Sequence record: SRR2962707_813
Direction: 5' to 3' (one strand)
Length of the DNA: 64,000 nucleotides
The position numbers and the translations under genes were made by a program. Numbering within the stretch: the stretch's first letter is position 1; each line of letters starts with the position of its first letter. The notes below the pieces were generated by a model that saw only the letters and a program-made list of their open reading frames with translations, did no database searches and was not told the origin of the DNA. Shown here one piece after another: positions 60,835 to 64,000 of the stretch.

Positions 60835-60924
60835 ATGTCTTTACGGTCTGTCTTAGGACAGAATGAAAATAAAAAACCGACCCTTCAAGGGGTTCACAGG
60901 TGAAACTCACTCAACTTTTGAGTT

Positions 60925-61056
60925 TTATTTTTCCGATTGGATTACCAGGTAGTTTCCGTTTTTCCAGAAAGCTGCCGGATCTTTAATGGTTAGCTTGCCC
61001 ATATTGTCACCAGTTAGCATCCATTCATAGGATCCATCCGGGTACTGAGAGATCAA
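60925..61056 (-). pseudogene. 3' remnant of a Cbp1-like Bacteroidota coiled-coil protein gene
   Basis: LISQYPDGSYEWMLTGDNMGKLTIKDPAAFWKNGNYLVIQSEK*; 5' part absent (in-frame stop 5 codons upstream). Confidence 0.6.
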
Positions 61057-61070
61057 TAGATATAGAGGTT

Positions 61071-61106
61071 AAAAGAGGTTTTGCCGAACACTAAAACCTC
61101 TTTTTT
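61071..61106. terminator. Bidirectional intrinsic terminator downstream of the DoxX gene
   Basis: AAAAGAGGTTTT-gccgaacact-AAAACCTCTTTT. Confidence 0.8.
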
Positions 61107-61112
61107 AAAACA

Positions 61113-61487
61113 TCAGGAAGAAGCGTACACTTTCTGATTATAGAAATAAGATAATGCTAACACCATACCTACTATCACTGGCATGATAATGTAGCTGATA
61201 TTTTTGTCTACCATGATGTGACTGTATGCGGCAAATATCAAATTAAATGATAAGCCAGCGTATGCCCACTCTCTCAATCTGTCTGGCAGCTTTGGAATCA
61301 TTAGTGCTGTTGCACCTGCTATTTTGCAAATGATCAAAGCGTAAGCAAAATAGTCAGGATAGCCTAATGGTTTTGTTCCGGCATTAAAATATTCATGTGC
61401 AAACAGGAGGGTGCTCAAGGGCAAAAGGGCTTCCATTAAGAAGATGATGGAGGTAGTTATCCAGAAGATGATTTTGTATTTTTTCAT
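61113..61487 (-). CDS. DoxX-like membrane protein
   Basis: LGYPDYF, REWAYAG; 4 TM. Confidence 0.9.
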   Translation of the reverse strand: MKKYKIIFWITTSIIFLMEALLPLSTLLFAHEYFNAGTKPLGYPDYFAYALIICKIAGATALMIPKLPDRLREWAYAGLSFNLIFAAYSHIMVDKNISYIIMPVIVGMVLALSYFYNQKVYASS

Positions 61488-61499
61488 GGTTTTATCTTA

Positions 61500-61979
61500 T
61501 TATTTATTTGCCAGCAATTGCGCCAAGGCTTCCAATGTAGCTGTAAATCCTTCTTTGAAGCCCATTTTTATGTGCGCCTCCAGATCAGCCAGCGTTTTGT
61601 GTTTGATCCGAACCTGCACGGTGGTCTTTCCATTGGATTCTGTGAAATCTATATTCCAATTGGATCGTGGTACGTCTTGGTTGATATTTCCTTGATCGTC
61701 ACTAAAACCAGCCAATTGCTTGAAGTTTGTTTCCGGGGTGATTGAGGTGAATTCAATTACTCCCCAATGCTCTTCTCCGTTGGGTCCGACCATTGCGTAT
61801 AAGCGAGTTCCCCCTTCTATAAAATCCATGGATTTGGTCACTGATTTCCATGGATGAGGAGCCCACCACTGATCAAGGATGCTTGCCTCTGTCCATGCTG
61901 CCCAAACATCCGATTGTGATGCGTCGAACTCACGAGTTACATAAACTGTGCTGTTTTCTTTGTCGACTATAAATTCCAT
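61500..61979 (-). CDS. SRPBCC/AHSA1-like protein
   Basis: VTREFDA..VWAAWT..LDQWWAP, MGFKEG; start at ATG 61979. Confidence 0.92.
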   Translation of the reverse strand: MEFIVDKENSTVYVTREFDASQSDVWAAWTEASILDQWWAPHPWKSVTKSMDFIEGGTRLYAMVGPNGEEHWGVIEFTSITPETNFKQLAGFSDDQGNINQDVPRSNWNIDFTESNGKTTVQVRIKHKTLADLEAHIKMGFKEGFTATLEALAQLLANK

Positions 61980-62022
61980 ATTCAATTTTGATTTTAGTTT
62001 CTGTTTTGTTCTGTTGAAAGGC

Positions 62023-62526
62023 CTATTTTTTGAAAGTTGACAAAAGTTCATCCAACCTCTCCAGGGTAGACATCAGTCCTTCTTTCATGCCCATTTTGAT
62101 CACTGCCTCCAGATCAGACAGGGACTTATAGGTTACAGTAGTTTCTACCAGTGTATTATTTCCCATATCGGAAAAATCAACATGCCACTCTGCTTTTGGA
62201 AGATCCGAATTCAGGTTTCCATCAGCGTCACTAAAGGCATCAAGTGTTTCATAAAAATCAATGGGTTGGATTTTGGTGTATTCTGTCCAGCCCCAATATT
62301 CCTGCCCTTCAGGGTCGATCATGGCATAGTGCCAGTGTCCGCCTTCGCTAAAATCCATGGATTTGGTCTTGGTGCTGAAAGGTCTGGGAGCAAACCACTG
62401 GTCCAGTAGCTCGCTTTTGGTGTAACAATCCCAAACCAATTGACGCCCTGCATTAAATTCTCTCCTTACGGTAATCGTGTTTTTTTCCTTGTCTACAAGG
62501 AAGTCAAACTGTAAATTCATTTTCAT
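62023..62526 (-). CDS. SRPBCC/AHSA1-like protein
   Basis: VRREFNA..VWDCYT..LDQWFAP, MGMKEG; start at 62526 overlaps the arsR stop (ATGA). Confidence 0.92.
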   Translation of the reverse strand: MKMNLQFDFLVDKEKNTITVRREFNAGRQLVWDCYTKSELLDQWFAPRPFSTKTKSMDFSEGGHWHYAMIDPEGQEYWGWTEYTKIQPIDFYETLDAFSDADGNLNSDLPKAEWHVDFSDMGNNTLVETTVTYKSLSDLEAVIKMGMKEGLMSTLERLDELLSTFKK

Positions 62527-62849
62527 TTTTTCTTGTTTTTCATTGTGGATAATAAGTTGTCGAGCTGATTGAAACGACTTTCCCAGATCTTTCGAAACTG
62601 CTCCAGCCAATGATCTATTTCTTTCATTTTCTCCACTTTTAGTTCATAGTAGATCTCTCTGCCTTGCTGGTTGGATTCAATGAGTTCACACTCACTCAAA
62701 ACCTGTATGTGCTTGGATATGGTAGGCCTGGCCACATCGAAATTGTTGGCTATTGCCCCGGCAGTCATGGTCTGTGATGCTAATAATACCAGTATCGCTC
62801 TGCGGGTAGGGTCCGCTATAGCCTGAAATGGATCTCTTCGTAGTTTCAT
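62523..62849 (-). CDS. ArsR/SmtB-family transcriptional regulator (paralog 2)
   Basis: [31 protein letters not shown]. Confidence 0.95.
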   Translation of the reverse strand: MKLRRDPFQAIADPTRRAILVLLASQTMTAGAIANNFDVARPTISKHIQVLSECELIESNQQGREIYYELKVEKMKEIDHWLEQFRKIWESRFNQLDNLLSTMKNKKK

Positions 62850-62876
62850 ATTAAGTCATTAAAATCGTTTATAATA

Positions 62877-62924
62877 TGTAGCTATATGGCTACAAATATA
62901 TTAATATGAAGTTAAATGGCTACA
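62877..62924. promoter_or_regulatory. Tandem operators of ArsR paralog 2
   Basis: TGTAGC-tatatg-GCTACA and TGAAGT-taaatg-GCTACA. Confidence 0.75.
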
Positions 62925-62983
62925 TATTTTTGAATTTTTTTTCAAAATCAGGCTTTAAAATGTATTTGAGCAGCTTAACCCCC

Positions 62984-63150
62984 GGTTCGTGTCCTCACGA
63001 AACGAAAGATCTTCAGGATTTTGTGAAGACACAAACCATGGCAGAGTATCTTTCTAAAGCTGCTTCCGGATGTTCTATTGCCAGAGAAGTAACGGCTTGC
63101 TTGTCATGCCGGACTTGATCCTGCCTTTGTCGGCAGATAGGCCTGCATCT
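62984..63150. repeat. Cluster of REP-like palindromic elements
   Basis: GGTTCGTGTCCTCACGAAA / TTTTGTGAAGACACAAACC inverted pair (62984-63037); GTCATGCCGGACTTGATC..GCATCT element (63103-63150). Confidence 0.6.
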
Positions 63151-63230
63151 TCCACAGTTATTTCTAATTATCCTTTGAAGGAGGGAAGAGGGTTGCTAAC
63201 TTTAGTTAATTAGCAATTAAAATTAGAAGT

Positions 63231-63365
63231 AAGACATCTGCAGCAGTCACTTTATATGGTAAGGAGCTCCCAATAAGTGGGATAACGACTACATTAAGAA
63301 TTAGCAGGTCAACACTATATGAGTACCTAAGAAGAGAGGGTGTGTTTGACGTAAAGGCTAGTTAG
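63231..63365 (+). pseudogene. Remnant of serine recombinase (resolvase/invertase) C-terminal HTH
   Basis: KTSAAVTLYGKELPISGITTTLRISRSTLYEYLRREGV; no start codon or catalytic domain upstream (stop at 63207). Confidence 0.7.
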
Positions 63366-63427
63366 GGTGTGGGTAACTTGTGGATATTTTTTTTTTGTTA
63401 ATTTTAATAAACCGTTATCACCGTTTT

Positions 63428-63628
63428 ATGGATGAATTTCTATCTTTTACAGGGTGGCTTATCGCACTAGGATCATTTATTGTAAACCTTATTCAACTGA
63501 ATAGAAACAAAAAGCTAGGTAAGAAGCTAAATGATTATAGAGCGATCACCAACTCCAATACTCTTAACCATTCAGGAGAAGGGGATAATATTAGCGTTGG
63601 AGGAGACGCAAAAATAAATAAGAATTAG
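63428..63628 (+). CDS. 66-aa single-TM protein with C-terminal N/G-rich motif (candidate effector)
   Basis: Hydrophobic N-terminus FLSFTGWLIALGSFIVNLIQL, basic linker, tail NTLNHSGEGDNISVGGDAKIN. Confidence 0.75.
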   Translation: MDEFLSFTGWLIALGSFIVNLIQLNRNKKLGKKLNDYRAITNSNTLNHSGEGDNISVGGDAKINKN

Positions 63629-63632
63629 GATT

Positions 63633-64000
63633 GTGAATAAAATGGAGCATACTGGATTGGGTGATAATATTCATGCACAGGGTAACGTGTATATTAATGT
63701 AATTCAAAAATATCCAACGATACTGGCAGATCTAGTTAATGAGCTTAGTAGACAGCTGGGAGAAGAAGAAAACTCTATTGAGCTAAAGGATTTTCGGATA
63801 GAGGATAAAATTTCGTACAATAATGTCATAAGATATCGCGAGATAATTCAAGATCAGAAGATATACTATGGCAAATTGAATTTGATATATAATGAACTAG
63901 ATTCGCAAGGTTCATCTAAAAAGCAGCAAATTTTTAATTCAATAAGATCATCATACTTGAAGGCAAAAGGTCGCTTTATGAGTGAAAAACCGGAATTAGT
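63633..64000 (+). CDS. ABC-three-component (Lamassu-like) CTD-type protein, truncated by the window edge
   Basis: Frame is open to the window end from GTG 63633/ATG 63642; helical region EDKISYNNVIRYREII..YYGKLNLIYNELDSQG..IFNSIRSSYLKAK resembles ABC-3C C-terminal domains. Confidence 0.6.
   Translation, partial: MNKMEHTGLGDNIHAQGNVYINVIQKYPTILADLVNELSRQLGEEENSIELKDFRIEDKISYNNVIRYREIIQDQKIYYGKLNLIYNELDSQGSSKKQQIFNSIRSSYLKAKGRFMSEKPEL

Noticed and set aside
60709-60903. 64-aa ORF in the track
   Set aside because: It overlaps the SAM-I aptamer and terminator, so it is most likely a spurious frame through an RNA element.
62906-63118. 70-aa ORF divergent from arsR
   Set aside because: It starts inside the ArsR operator and runs through REP-like palindromes; it has no protein-like features.
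63380-63427. Longer GTG start for the small TM protein
   Set aside because: The extension runs through a T9 tract and looks like a promoter/UTR; ATG 63428 places the TM at the N-terminus.
1-64000. CRISPR array, tRNA, rRNA or intact transposase/integrase
   Set aside because: I saw no regularly spaced repeat-spacer array, cloverleaf, rRNA-like tract or transposase ORF. This was a visual inspection only.

Overview
64 kb of chromosome from a Bacteroidota organism, probably Cytophagales-like. This is inferred from the type IX secretion locus, TAnnTTTG-type promoters and gene families. Main content: a GlxA/AraC regulator; a T9SS locus (type-B CTD adhesin, PorP/SprF, TPR-PD40-OmpA protein); a signalling cluster (YfiR-like histidine kinase, two lone receivers) next to an Lcp/MpaB-like heme oxygenase; a LytTR operon with an intradiol-dioxygenase-like lipoprotein; an NAD-linked formate dehydrogenase operon converging on sulfide:quinone oxidoreductase; many transporters (NSS with an unannotated small subunit, MATE, MacB-like, MlaEFD, ABC efflux); two paralogous ArsR-SRPBCC cassettes; an orphan SAM-I riboswitch; a candidate structured sRNA; and several gene remnants. 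The best lead is at the AT-rich right edge, after a resolvase remnant. A 66-aa single-TM protein ends in the motif H-[ST]-G-x-G-D-N-I-x3-G-x3-I-N, and the next gene, which resembles an ABC-three-component/Lamassu CTD protein, begins with the same motif. This suggests a defence system in which an amyloid-type motif links a sensor to a membrane effector; it runs off the window. All family assignments come from recognising motifs by eye; no searches were run.
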